Part shown: piece after piece, positions 38,531 through 50,481 of the stretch | Layout of the letters: each line of letters begins with the position of its first letter | Position numbering within the stretch: position 1 is the first letter of the stretch | Assembly (NCBI GenBank): GCA_033764015.1 | Contig: JANRJK010000019.1 | Location: 41,940-105,939 of the forward strand | From: Candidatus Sumerlaeia bacterium | GTDB lineage: Bacteria; Sumerlaeota; Sumerlaeia; SLMS01; JANRJK01 | Direction of reading: 5' to 3' | DNA length: 64,000 nt | The notes under the pieces: generated by a model | What the model saw: the letters and a program-made list of their open reading frames with translations, nothing else | Databases searched by the model: none | What the model was told of the DNA's origin: nothing | Program-made: the position numbers and the translations under genes

Positions 38531-38697
38531 AACCCATCCGATTCTCGACTTGCCGTTATCTGCACCGGCGTGCAATTCACTGGAATCATTGGAATTTGAG
38601 CCCTGTATAGGGCCGGTCGGCATTCCTTGCGGTATCGCAAGGGGAGAGCCACGCCTTGCAGCGCACCCATTCACGTGGAGACTTGATTCCCCCCCGC

Positions 38698-41600
38698 ATG
38701 CCCGAACCTCTGCCGCCTCCACCAACCCCGGCGCTTTGGGAGTCTTTCGCCGCCCACCCTGACGCCTCGATCGGCGGGGACTGGTCCCCACCCTCGTTCA
38801 CCGGGGGCGGGCTGACAGCCACGCGATGGCTGGTCGACGCCAAGTCCACCCCTCTGCCGACCGATTCCGATGGCGAGGGCGTCGCCTATACCCTGCTTTC
38901 GCGGATCGGCGGCGGCGGCATGGGCGAGGTGTGGGTCGCGCTGCAGCAAAGCCTGCAACGCACCGTCGCGGTGAAGCGGTTGAAGGGCGCGGGCAACGAT
39001 CCCGGCACCCACCATGCGAGGCTCCTCTTCCATAAGGAAGCGCTCGTCACCGCGCAGCTCAACCACCCGAACATCGTCCCGGTGCACGATCTGGGCGAGG
39101 GGCCCAACGGCGAACTGCTGATCGCGATGAAGTACGTCCGCGGCACGCCGTGGCACGAGCGGCTCGCCACCGACTGCGCGACGCTACCCATGGAGGAGCG
39201 CCTCGCCGCGCACATTCCGATCCTCCTCGCGGTGGCGCAGGCGGTCGCGTTCGCCCACTCCCGAGGCATCGTGCACCGCGACCTCAAGCCGCAGCAGGTC
39301 GTCGTCGGCGAGTACGGCGAAGTAACGCTGATGGACTGGGGCCTCGCGCTTTGCGTGGACCGGGAGCGGCTGGACAGCGTTCCGCAGTCCACCGGGGGGC
39401 AGCTCCTGCCGACCAACGAGAGCGCCCCCGCGCCCGCGGGCACCGCCCGCTATATGGCTCCGGAGCAGTTGCAGCCCACCGCGGCCGGAGTCGGCTACTG
39501 GACCGACACGTATCTTCTGGGCGCCACGCTGCACTCCATCCTGACGGGCACGGCGCTGCGCGCCGGCGTGGAGGGGAGCGAACTCAAGGAGTGGATCCGC
39601 GATGGGCGCTACCTTCCGGTTCCCAAGGAGTCGGTCCCCGCGGAGCTCGCCGAGCTGGTCGAGCGATGCCTGCGCCCCAACGCCCGCGAACGGCTGCAGA
39701 CCGCGGAGCAGTTCGTCGCGCGGCTGCAGGAGTTCCTGTCGGGTTCGCGCCGCCGCCGCGAGTCGGAAGGCCTCACGGCGGAGGCCCGCGCCAAGCTCTC
39801 GCTGCCCCCGGACGGCTACGCCGCGTCGACCGCCGCGCTGGCGCTCCTCGAGCGCGCCGAGGCGCTTTGGGCCGGCAACGGAGCGATCGGGCCGCTCCGC
39901 GACGAGGCTCTCGCGCGGCATGCCCGGGCCGCCATCAAGAACCGCGACCTCGTGCTGGCGCGCATCCAGCAGGAGCGCATCGCCGGCGCGTCCGCCAAGG
40001 CCGAGACCGGGGTGCTCCTCGCGACCGCGGTTCGCGAAGCCCGCGTCCGCGACCGGGTCCGCGCCGGCGCCCTCGCCAGCACGATCCTCCTGCTCGCGAC
40101 GGTCGCCATCCTTTCCGTCCTCTTCACCAACCGGCTCGCGGAGCGCACCGCGGAAGCGGAGGCCGCCAACGAGCGCCTGGAAGCGCAGCTCTACAGCTCC
40201 TCCATTTCGCTCGCGGAACGCCTCGCCAACTCCGGAGCGCACCAGCTCGCGCGGGAGCGTCTCCTCGCCACGGAGCCGGAGCGGCGCGACATCGAATGGT
40301 CGCTCCTCTACCGGATGGCCCATCCGGAACTGGCCGCCGCCGATGCCGGGACCGGTCCAGTGGCCCGGATCACGCACGATCCGGAGCGGCGCGCCCTCCT
40401 TGTCGAAGGCCGCGATGGCCGCCGCGCGGAAATCGGACTCGATGCCTGGACCGTGGCGGCGCTTCCCCCGCGCCCCGCCGGCCCCCCGCCGCTTCCCTAC
40501 ACCCCTCAGGGCGAGGACCCGGCGGCCGCGACGGCGATCGCCGCCGAACCGGGCGGGCGGCGCCTTGCGCTCGGCGACGCCAACGGCGCGGTCCGCATCC
40601 ACACCGTCGGCGCGGAGCAGCCCACGGTCCTTGCCGGCCATGTGGGCGCGGTCACGGCGCTCCGGTGGGCGGAAGATGGGCTGCTCTACTCCACATCGGC
40701 CGACAGCACGTTGCGGATGTGGGACCCGGACGCCGGAGAACTCCGCTGCTCGGTGCGCGCCTCCGACGACATCCAGATGAAGGGGGTCCTGAACGACGCC
40801 GCGCCCGTTCCCGCCACTGGAGTCGTCGCCACCGCCGGCGCAGATGGCCGGGTGCGCCTTTGGGTACCGGATAGCGAGGTCCCCGCCGGCGAGCTGCCGC
40901 TGCATCCGGCGGGTGTCGGCGCGCTTGCGCCGATCGCCGGCACCGGGCTCCTCGCGACCGGTTGCGACGACGGCGTGGTCCGCCTGTGGGACCTGCGGAC
41001 GGATCGGCACGGCCAGCTCCCCGGCCACCGCGGGCGCGTGGTGGTCCGCGGTGTTTCCGCGGACGGCGCGGTCGCGGCCACGCTCGCCCACGACAACCAG
41101 GCGCGCATCTGGGACCTCGCCGCCAACAACGAACGCCGCCGCATCCAGCCGCCGATCGGGCCGTACGCCTATTGCGAAGGCCGACTTTCCCGCGACGGAA
41201 CTCGCCTTGGAATCGCGACACGCGCCGACATCGCGCAGATCTACGACACCGCCACTGGGGATCTTCTCCACGAGGCGCCGCTTCGAACGCAGGTGGACGA
41301 TATGGCGATGGACCCGTCCGGCTGGCGCATCGCCGCGGGGTTCACCGGCGGCGGCGTCCGCCTGCACGACTTCCGCACCTCGCGGACGCTCGACACGGAC
41401 ACCAGCCCCGGTTCGAACGTGATGAATGTCGAGTTCGCGCCCGACGGCGGGACGGTCCTGGTGTGCACCCAGGACGGCTTGATGACGCTGATCGACTTCG
41501 AGACCGCCGGCAGCGTCGCCACCTTCCCCAAGGTCCCGGAATGGACCGAGCGCGGCGTCTTCACCCCGGACGGCGAGTTCCTCGCGACGGCGGGCTGGGA

Positions 41601-42447
41601 CGGCGTGGCCAGGTTATGGCGAGTGGACGGGACCCAATTGATCCGGGAGTTCAGCGGCCACGATGCGTGGCTGACCGACACCGCGTTCTCCGCTTCCGGG
41701 CGCCGCCTGCTCACTTCCTCCTCCGACGGCACGATCCGCGTATGGTCCATCGACGACGGCATCGAGCTGTTGCGCATCGCCCTCGGCTCGGGAAGCGCGG
41801 ACAGCTTGTCCGTCGGCCCCGCCGACAGCCTCGTGGTGGCGACCTTCCGCGGGCGCAATCCGGAGGTTTGGCGGCTGCCGCCGACGAGCGGACCGGGCGC
41901 GTCCGCCGAGCTGGCCGCGTGGGAGCGCGAACGCGCCGCCCGCGCCATCGCCGATGCCGGCAGGCCCGCCACCCCAGAAGAGGATCCGCTGCGCGAGCTG
42001 GCTCAACGCCATCTCCCCGACGTGCAGGGCCGCTTGGTTCCCTACCGCCTTTCGGAAAGCGGCCTCGAACGGGGGCGTCGGCTCCGCGTGGTGATTCTGC
42101 ATCCGGCACCTCGGGATCCCAGCGATCCCCGGGCCGTGTTCATCACCGGCAACCGGCCCGAGCTCGGCACCTGGACGCCGAACCGCGTCGCGCTCCATCC
42201 GGTCGCGGAAGTGCCCGGCGGCGTCCTGTGGGAGTACGAGACGGTGTTCCGCCCGATGGAGTTCAAGTTCAGCTTCGCCACGGAGGGCGAGCCCTGGGGC
42301 GATTCGCACGAGTGGGGAGGTCCGCCGAACCGCGAGATCGGCCTGCGGCGCCCGCTCCATATCGACGGCGGGGGAGTGCTGTACTACCTCGCCGAGTACG
42401 GCGTCGTGCCGGATTCCGCTACGCCGACGCGGGCTCCCGAAAGCTGA
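38698..42447 (+). CDS. Hanks-type Ser/Thr protein kinase with TM helix, WD40 repeats and C-terminal CBM20-like domain
   Basis: GGGGMGEVW, VAVK, HPNIVPVH, HRDLKP, DWG and YMAPE. TM STILLLATVAILSVLF. WD40 repeats (GHVGAVTAL..STSADSTLRMWD). C-terminal VFITGNRPELGTWTP...MEFKF. Confidence 0.9.
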   Translation: MPEPLPPPPTPALWESFAAHPDASIGGDWSPPSFTGGGLTATRWLVDAKSTPLPTDSDGEGVAYTLLSRIGGGGMGEVWVALQQSLQRTVAVKRLKGAGNDPGTHHARLLFHKEALVTAQLNHPNIVPVHDLGEGPNGELLIAMKYVRGTPWHERLATDCATLPMEERLAAHIPILLAVAQAVAFAHSRGIVHRDLKPQQVVVGEYGEVTLMDWGLALCVDRERLDSVPQSTGGQLLPTNESAPAPAGTARYMAPEQLQPTAAGVGYWTDTYLLGATLHSILTGTALRAGVEGSELKEWIRDGRYLPVPKESVPAELAELVERCLRPNARERLQTAEQFVARLQEFLSGSRRRRESEGLTAEARAKLSLPPDGYAASTAALALLERAEALWAGNGAIGPLRDEALARHARAAIKNRDLVLARIQQERIAGASAKAETGVLLATAVREARVRDRVRAGALASTILLLATVAILSVLFTNRLAERTAEAEAANERLEAQLYSSSISLAERLANSGAHQLARERLLATEPERRDIEWSLLYRMAHPELAAADAGTGPVARITHDPERRALLVEGRDGRRAEIGLDAWTVAALPPRPAGPPPLPYTPQGEDPAAATAIAAEPGGRRLALGDANGAVRIHTVGAEQPTVLAGHVGAVTALRWAEDGLLYSTSADSTLRMWDPDAGELRCSVRASDDIQMKGVLNDAAPVPATGVVATAGADGRVRLWVPDSEVPAGELPLHPAGVGALAPIAGTGLLATGCDDGVVRLWDLRTDRHGQLPGHRGRVVVRGVSADGAVAATLAHDNQARIWDLAANNERRRIQPPIGPYAYCEGRLSRDGTRLGIATRADIAQIYDTATGDLLHEAPLRTQVDDMAMDPSGWRIAAGFTGGGVRLHDFRTSRTLDTDTSPGSNVMNVEFAPDGGTVLVCTQDGLMTLIDFETAGSVATFPKVPEWTERGVFTPDGEFLATAGWDGVARLWRVDGTQLIREFSGHDAWLTDTAFSASGRRLLTSSSDGTIRVWSIDDGIELLRIALGSGSADSLSVGPADSLVVATFRGRNPEVWRLPPTSGPGASAELAAWERERAARAIADAGRPATPEEDPLRELAQRHLPDVQGRLVPYRLSESGLERGRRLRVVILHPAPRDPSDPRAVFITGNRPELGTWTPNRVALHPVAEVPGGVLWEYETVFRPMEFKFSFATEGEPWGDSHEWGGPPNREIGLRRPLHIDGGGVLYYLAEYGVVPDSATPTRAPES

Positions 42448-42506
42448 AGGGCGCGGCCGTCGCCGACCGCGCCCCCCGCATCACGACCGCCCTGGAGGTG
42501 GTAGGC

Positions 42507-43184
42507 TCAGAAGAAGTTGTCGGGGGGGACGTAGGTGGGCTCGCTGAACTTCTGCGCTACGAAGATTCGCCCCGGGCTGATCGTGCCGTTCGTCGGATCG
42601 TACTGGAGGAAGTACGTGTCCACGTTGCCTTGAGCTGTTACTTGAGTGCCAGCGGGGCCTGTACACCAAAGATAGTATCCACCAAAGTATTGGCGCACTT
42701 GCCGTGCGACCCGTCGGTTCCCCACGAGGAAGACCAAGGTTGGAGCTTCCTCTACCACACAAGGCTTCTGGACCCTGGAATCCGCGAACATCCACTCCAT
42801 CCAGTACTCCGCAGCGTACGCGTAGTACTTGTCTCCCTTGGTGAACTCAGTGCCTTGTGCGAAAGGGTCCAAGGGAATAGTCGAGAGGTAGCCAATGGGG
42901 GAGGTGATAGATGTCGGGAGCGTTCCGGCAACCTGAAATCCGTCCCATCGGTCGTTGAAGTGAGCGCATGGCCAAGTAAACCGCGGATAGCGGTTCCAAT
43001 CCACGGCGTACGCCTCCACGGCGGTGCGCATGGTGCGCAGGTCGGAAAGCGCGCGGCTCACCTTCGAGCGCGTCTGGGCCTGAAGGAAGTTGGGCACGGC
43101 GATCGCCGCCAGGATGGCGATGATGGCGACCACGATCAGCAGCTCGATCAGCGTGAAGCCGTGGCGGGGGGAGGGTTCCTTCAT
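42507..43184 (-). CDS. Prepilin-type N-terminal cleavage/methylation domain protein
   Basis: G^FTLIELLIVVAIIAILAAIAVPNFLQAQTRSKVSR and YDPTNGTISPGRI near the C-terminus. Confidence 0.92.
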   Translation of the reverse strand: MKEPSPRHGFTLIELLIVVAIIAILAAIAVPNFLQAQTRSKVSRALSDLRTMRTAVEAYAVDWNRYPRFTWPCAHFNDRWDGFQVAGTLPTSITSPIGYLSTIPLDPFAQGTEFTKGDKYYAYAAEYWMEWMFADSRVQKPCVVEEAPTLVFLVGNRRVARQVRQYFGGYYLWCTGPAGTQVTAQGNVDTYFLQYDPTNGTISPGRIFVAQKFSEPTYVPPDNFF

Positions 43185-43291
43185 CTGTTGGTGTCCTTGG
43201 AGTAGGGGGTGTTGCAATCCGCAATTTTTCGCGTGTGCCCACGGCGCTCAATGGAAATCGGTACCTATTGGGCAGTTTTCTTCCCGGCCGG

Positions 43292-43321
43292 TTGACAGCC
43301 CTCCCCCCGAGGCGCTACGGT
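43292..43321 (+). promoter_or_regulatory. sigma70-like promoter
   Basis: TTGACA-18 nt-TACGGT, ending 15 nt before ATG 43336. Confidence 0.5.
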
Positions 43322-43335
43322 CGCGCTTCGAATCC

Positions 43336-44196
43336 ATGGGCCTCTTCCCCAGACTCCCTTCCCGCGCGACGGGCCGCCGGTCGCTCCGCGAGGACCTCGA
43401 AGCGCTGGGTCTGGCGAGGGGTTCCGTGCTGGTCGTCCACAGCTCTCTGCGCGCCGTGGGGCGCCTCGAGCCGGGGCCCGAGGCGCTCGTCCGCGCCCTC
43501 CAGGATGTGGTGGGCCCATCGGGACTCGTTGTGATGCCGACGTTCACCTACTCGATCGCGTCGTGGGGTTTCGGGCCGTTCCACGCGCCGAGCACCCCGA
43601 GCCGCGCGGGGCTCCTCACGGAGACCTTCCGCCGCATGGAGGACGTGCACCGGTCGCTGCACCCGTCGCACAGCGTCGCCGCTTGGGGGGATGGCGCGCG
43701 GGAACTGGCGGCCACCGACCCGGCCTCGCACACGCCGCTCGGCGCGGGATGCCCGCTCCACCTCGCGGCGCTGCGGGGGGCGCTCGTGCTCCTGATCGGC
43801 GTGGGGCACGAGCGCGACTCGACGATCCACATTGCCGAGTGCCTCGCTCCCGCACCGTACCTCGACGTCGCCTTCACGCCGGAGCGCGACCACGAAACCG
43901 GCCTATCGCTGCGGGAGGATGGCACCATCGCGCGGTCGACGCTCCGCGAAGTGCCCGGTTCGCCCGAGGGCTTTCCCGCCTTGGAGCCGGAGCTCGAGCG
44001 GCTCGGGCTCCAGCGCGCCGGGCCCCTCGCCGGGGCGACCGTCCGCATGGCGCCGGCGATGGCCGTGATCGAGACGGCGGTTGCGCTCCTGCGGCGCGAT
44101 CCCGCGTTCTTTCTGCGCAGCCCCGCGGCGTCGGAAATCTCGCGCCGCCGCCTCGAACGGCTGCGCCAACTCGGCTTGATCGGAACCGCTGCCTGA
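43336..44196 (+). CDS. AAC(3)/YokD family N-acetyltransferase
   Basis: LVVHSSL, VMPTFT, RSLHPSHSVAAWG and LLIGV...STIHIAE. Confidence 0.88.
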   Translation: MGLFPRLPSRATGRRSLREDLEALGLARGSVLVVHSSLRAVGRLEPGPEALVRALQDVVGPSGLVVMPTFTYSIASWGFGPFHAPSTPSRAGLLTETFRRMEDVHRSLHPSHSVAAWGDGARELAATDPASHTPLGAGCPLHLAALRGALVLLIGVGHERDSTIHIAECLAPAPYLDVAFTPERDHETGLSLREDGTIARSTLREVPGSPEGFPALEPELERLGLQRAGPLAGATVRMAPAMAVIETAVALLRRDPAFFLRSPAASEISRRRLERLRQLGLIGTAA

Positions 44197-44771
44197 TGGC
44201 GCCAAAGTACTCGGACTACTGGCTGGAACCCTTCGACCACGCGGTGCGCCGGTGGCGTCTGGCGAACGGCGGCGACCCGCTGCCGCCAGCGCCGGAAATG
44301 GCGGAGATCGCCGAGCGCCGCGCCCGCGTCCTGCTCGACCACACCCGCGCCAAGCTCCCGCGGCAGCTCGGGTCGCCGCGCCAGTGGGAAGCCTACTGGA
44401 ACGCCGACGAACACCGGCCGCTCGTGGAGGCGCTCATCAAGCGCTATGGGTGGAAGGTCCGCGTGGTGCGCGCCTCGGACGACCGGCCCGCGCCCTACCA
44501 GGCGCAGGAGTCCGACGTCGACACGGCGCTGGTCCAGGCGTCGGAACTGGCGCCGCTGCTCGCCAGGATCCACGCCTCCGACTGCCCGTTCGCGATGGGC
44601 GAGCGCGACCTGCTCCTCTTCCGCCTGGCGGAGGAGCTGTTCCACATCATCGCGCTCAAGGTGGGTCGCGAGCCGCGCGAGGAGTGGATCGGCGAACTCG
44701 CGATCCCCCGCGCGCAGCAACTGCTTCTGGGAACGCCGTTCACCACGCTGGCGTTCGGCTTCATCCGCTGA
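44196..44771 (+). CDS. Hypothetical protein (191 aa)
   Basis: TGATG coupling with the upstream gene and native codon usage. Confidence 0.7.
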   Translation: MAPKYSDYWLEPFDHAVRRWRLANGGDPLPPAPEMAEIAERRARVLLDHTRAKLPRQLGSPRQWEAYWNADEHRPLVEALIKRYGWKVRVVRASDDRPAPYQAQESDVDTALVQASELAPLLARIHASDCPFAMGERDLLLFRLAEELFHIIALKVGREPREEWIGELAIPRAQQLLLGTPFTTLAFGFIR

Positions 44772-44786
44772 CGCGCCGCGGACGCG

Positions 44787-45044
44787 TCAGAAGCCCGAGA
44801 GCGTGTCGACCAGCAGCGTGGCCTTGTTGTCCTTCATCTCGAAGAAGCCGCCGGAAACCTCGAACGACTTCTCGTCCTTGCCGACCCGCATCTGGGCCTT
44901 GCCGCTTCCGATCACGCCGATGATCGGTGCGTGGTTGGCGAGCACGCCGAAGTAGCCCTCCTCGCCGGGAAGCGTGAGCGCGGTCACCTCGCCGGTGAAG
45001 ACGACTTCCTGCTGGGTGACGATCTGGAGCTGGTAGTTGGGCAT
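44787..45044 (-). CDS. atpC: ATP synthase epsilon subunit (short form, beta-sandwich only)
   Basis: LPGEEGYFGVLANHAP and VSGGFFEM, ending after 85 aa. Confidence 0.92.
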   Translation of the reverse strand: MPNYQLQIVTQQEVVFTGEVTALTLPGEEGYFGVLANHAPIIGVIGSGKAQMRVGKDEKSFEVSGGFFEMKDNKATLLVDTLSGF

Positions 45045-45115
45045 GGGGGCGTTCCTCGGAAAGGGGGAAGCCGCCGCCGCGCCGGGCGCGGCGGCGGGGG
45101 ATTCGCTCCGCGGCG

Positions 45116-47420
<2,305 letters not shown>

Positions 47421-47434
47421 CTCTTCGTTCCTGC

Positions 47435-47662
47435 CTAATCGAGCAACTTCAAGAAATCGTCGGGTTCGAGCCCCGCCTGCCTGATGATCGCGCGGAGAAG
47501 CCCCGGGTCGATGTCTCCCGGATGCACCGGGACCACGACCATTCCCTTCGGGTTCTCCCGCAACAGGACCGCGTGGCTGCCGCGCATCCGGTCCACCACG
47601 AAGCCCGCCCTGCCGAGCGCCTTGAGGACTTCCCGCGGCTTCAGCGCAGGCACCCTGCCCAT
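47435..47662 (-). CDS. hicA: Type II TA toxin, HicA family mRNA interferase
   Basis: EVLKALGRAGF..RMRGSH..VVVPVH..DIDPGLLRAIIRQAG. Confidence 0.92.
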   Translation of the reverse strand: MGRVPALKPREVLKALGRAGFVVDRMRGSHAVLLRENPKGMVVVPVHPGDIDPGLLRAIIRQAGLEPDDFLKLLD

Positions 47663-47665
47663 GCG

Positions 47666-47908
47666 TCACACCGCCACCCGAAGCGGTACCTCGAACTTCT
47701 CTCCCGCCCCCGGCGCGTCGCCTTCCGGGACCGGCCTTCCCTGCTCTTCAAGGACTTCGATGTAGGCGGCGATGGCTTCCTGCGCATGGCGCATGAGGTC
47801 CTCCACCGTCTCGCCAGCGGTGAAGCAACCCGGCAGCGCCGGCACGTGGGCCCAGAAGCCGCCGCTCTCTCCCCGCTCGATCACCACCCGGTATTCCCGT
47901 TCCACCAT
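47666..47908 (-). CDS. hicB: Type II TA antitoxin, short HicB family
   Basis: YRVVIE..GGFWAHVPALPGCFTAGETVED..AQEAIAAYIE. Confidence 0.92.
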   Translation of the reverse strand: MVEREYRVVIERGESGGFWAHVPALPGCFTAGETVEDLMRHAQEAIAAYIEVLEEQGRPVPEGDAPGAGEKFEVPLRVAV

Positions 47909-47986
47909 TTCCCCCGCGCCTCCGACGCGCCTCGCAGCTTGCCGCCCCGGGGGCGTTCCCCGCAAGGCCGGTCCGCCGCGCGGCGC

Positions 47987-48859
47987 CTAGTTCAACGCCT
48001 CCGCGCCCGAGACGATCTCGATGATCTCCGTCGTGATCGCCGCCTGGCGCAGCTTGTTCATCCGCAGCGTCAGCGTGGAGACCAGCTCCTTGCAGTTCTT
48101 CGTCGCGTTGTTCATCGACAGCATGCGGGCGGAGTGCTCGCTGGTGAGCGTTTCCGCCAGCGCGAGGTACACCTTCGACTTGAGGTAGCGCGGCATGAGC
48201 GCCTCGAACACCCGCTCCGGCGAGGGTTCGAGGATGTAGTCCGCTTCCTCCGCGGCGCCCGCCTGCGCGCCCTGCCCGAGGCTCGCGGCCTCGACCGGCA
48301 GGAAGCGCGTCTGGAGCGGACGGTTCACCACGCTCGAAACGTACTCCGCCTGGATGATGTCGATCTGGCTGAACTTGCCCGACTCGAACAGGTCGAGAAG
48401 GAGCTGCCCGAGCTGCTCCGCCTTCGGCCCGTCCACACGCCCGGCGAAGTCGAACAGCTCGCCGGCCATCCGGGCGCGGTGGTACTTCGCGAAGAAGTCG
48501 CGCGCCTTGCGGCCGACGGCGAACACCTTCAGTCCGGGGTCCGCCTTGAGTGCGCGGACCCCCGCCTTGATCAGGTTCGTGTTGAAGGCGCCGCACAGGC
48601 CGCGGTCCGCCGTCATCACGACCAGCAGCCGCTCGCCCTGCTCGCGCCGCTGGAAGTACTGGTTCGCCTTGGCCGACTCGCTCTGCGCGAGGCGCCCGAG
48701 GACCTGCTCGAGCTTGAGCAGGAACGGCTTGGCGGAGCGCATCACCTGCTGCGTGCGGCGCAGCTTGGCCGCCGACACCATCTCCATGGCGCGAGTGATC
48801 TTCGCGGTGTTCTTGATGGAGCGGACGCGGCGCCGCAGGCCTTTGATGTTCTCGGGCAT
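47987..48859 (-). CDS. atpG: ATP synthase gamma subunit
   Basis: KITRAMEMVSAAK, DRGLCGAFN and RQAAITTEIIEI. Confidence 0.98.
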   Translation of the reverse strand: MPENIKGLRRRVRSIKNTAKITRAMEMVSAAKLRRTQQVMRSAKPFLLKLEQVLGRLAQSESAKANQYFQRREQGERLLVVMTADRGLCGAFNTNLIKAGVRALKADPGLKVFAVGRKARDFFAKYHRARMAGELFDFAGRVDGPKAEQLGQLLLDLFESGKFSQIDIIQAEYVSSVVNRPLQTRFLPVEAASLGQGAQAGAAEEADYILEPSPERVFEALMPRYLKSKVYLALAETLTSEHSARMLSMNNATKNCKELVSTLTLRMNKLRQAAITTEIIEIVSGAEALN

Positions 48860-48872
48860 CGGATTCCTCGGG

Positions 48873-50420
48873 TTACTTCTTCGCCACGAAGGCCTTCGTG
48901 AACTCGTCCAGCCCGGCCTTCAGCTTCTCCGCCGTCGGTCCGTCGAGGTCCTTCGACCCGGTGATCTTCTGCATCACGTCGGGGTACTTCGACTCCATGT
49001 AGGCGGGCAGTTCGGAGGCGTAGGTGACCATGCGCTCGACCGGCACCGGGTCGGCGTAGCCGTTCGTGCCGGCGAAGATCAGCACCACCTGGCGCGCGAG
49101 CGCCAGCGGCTCGAGGAGGCCCTGCTTCAGGATCTCCACCAGGCGGGCGCCGCGGGTGAGCTGCGCCTGCGTGGTCTTGTCGAGGTCGGAGCCGAACTTC
49201 GAGAACGCCTCGAGTTCGCGGTACTGCGCGAGGTCGAGGCGGAGCTTGCCGGCGACCTTCTTCATCGCTTTCGTCTGCGCCGAGCCACCCACGCGGGAGA
49301 CCGAGAGGCCGACGTTGATGGCGGGGCGGACGCCCTGGTAGAAGAGGTCCGGCTCGAGGTAGATCTGGCCGTCGGTGATCGAGATCACGTTCGTCGGGAT
49401 GTAGGCGGACACGTCGCCGGCCTGCGTCTCGATGATCGGCAGCGCCGTGAGCGAGCCGCCCGGCATGCAATCGAGGCCCGCGGTCTTCAGCACCGCCGGA
49501 TCCTCGGACAGCTTCGCGGCGCGCTCGAGCAGGCGCGAGTGCAGGTAGAACACGTCGCCGGGGTACGCCTCGCGGCCCGGCGGGCGGCGGAGCAGCAGCG
49601 ACAGCGTGCGGTAGGCGGCGGCCTGCTTCGACAGGTCGTCGTAGATGATCAGCGCGTGGCGGCCGGTGTAGAGGAAGTACTCGGCCATGGAGGCGCCCGA
49701 GTAGGGCGCGATGAACTGCAGCGAGGCGGGATCGTCCGCGCTCGCCGTGATCACCGTCGTGTACTCCATCGCGCCGAACTTCTCGAGCGTCTGCACCACG
49801 CCGGCCACGGAGGACTGCTTCTGGCCGATGGCGACGTAGAAGCAGTAAACGCCCTGCCCCTTCTGGTTGATGATCGTGTCGATGGCGATGGAGGTCTTGC
49901 CGGTCTGGCGGTCGCCGATGATGAGCTCGCGCTGGCCGCGGCCGATCGGGATCATGGCGTCGATCGCCTTGATGCCGGTCATCAGCGGTTCCTTCACGGA
50001 CTGGCGCGAGATGACGTTCGGCGCCGGCGACTCGATGCGGCGGAACTGCTTCGTGGCGATGGGGCCCTTGCCGTCGACCGGCTGGCCCAGCGGGTTCACC
50101 ACGCGGCCGATCACCTCGTCGCCGACGGGCACCTCGGCCACGCGTCCGGTGCGCTTCACCACGTCGCCCTCGCGGATTTGCGCGGTGGAGTCGAAAATGA
50201 CGCAGCCGACGCTATTCTCCTCGAGGTTGAGCACCATGCCCGTGATGTCGCCGGGGAACTCGACAAGCTCGCCCGCCATCACGTCCTGGAGCCCGTACAC
50301 CGTGGCGATCGAGTCGCCCACCCGGAGCACGGTCCCGACGTTTTCCACATCGACCTTGTTGTCGTAGCCCGCGAGTTCCTTCTGGAGAACCGCGGTGATT
50401 TCATCGGCGCGCAGGGACAT
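48873..50420 (-). CDS. atpA: ATP synthase alpha subunit
   Basis: [34 protein letters not shown] and GLSVSRVG. Confidence 0.99.
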   Translation of the reverse strand: MSLRADEITAVLQKELAGYDNKVDVENVGTVLRVGDSIATVYGLQDVMAGELVEFPGDITGMVLNLEENSVGCVIFDSTAQIREGDVVKRTGRVAEVPVGDEVIGRVVNPLGQPVDGKGPIATKQFRRIESPAPNVISRQSVKEPLMTGIKAIDAMIPIGRGQRELIIGDRQTGKTSIAIDTIINQKGQGVYCFYVAIGQKQSSVAGVVQTLEKFGAMEYTTVITASADDPASLQFIAPYSGASMAEYFLYTGRHALIIYDDLSKQAAAYRTLSLLLRRPPGREAYPGDVFYLHSRLLERAAKLSEDPAVLKTAGLDCMPGGSLTALPIIETQAGDVSAYIPTNVISITDGQIYLEPDLFYQGVRPAINVGLSVSRVGGSAQTKAMKKVAGKLRLDLAQYRELEAFSKFGSDLDKTTQAQLTRGARLVEILKQGLLEPLALARQVVLIFAGTNGYADPVPVERMVTYASELPAYMESKYPDVMQKITGSKDLDGPTAEKLKAGLDEFTKAFVAKK

Positions 50421-50481
50421 ATCCGTTGACCGCTTCTAAGGGGGAGATGGTGCGCGGGCCCGGCGGCCCGCGGTCGCTCGA

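Noticed and set aside
43336..44196. Acquired aminoglycoside resistance gene
   Set aside because: It is AAC(3)/YokD family but has native composition and no mobile context. Family membership alone does not show resistance.
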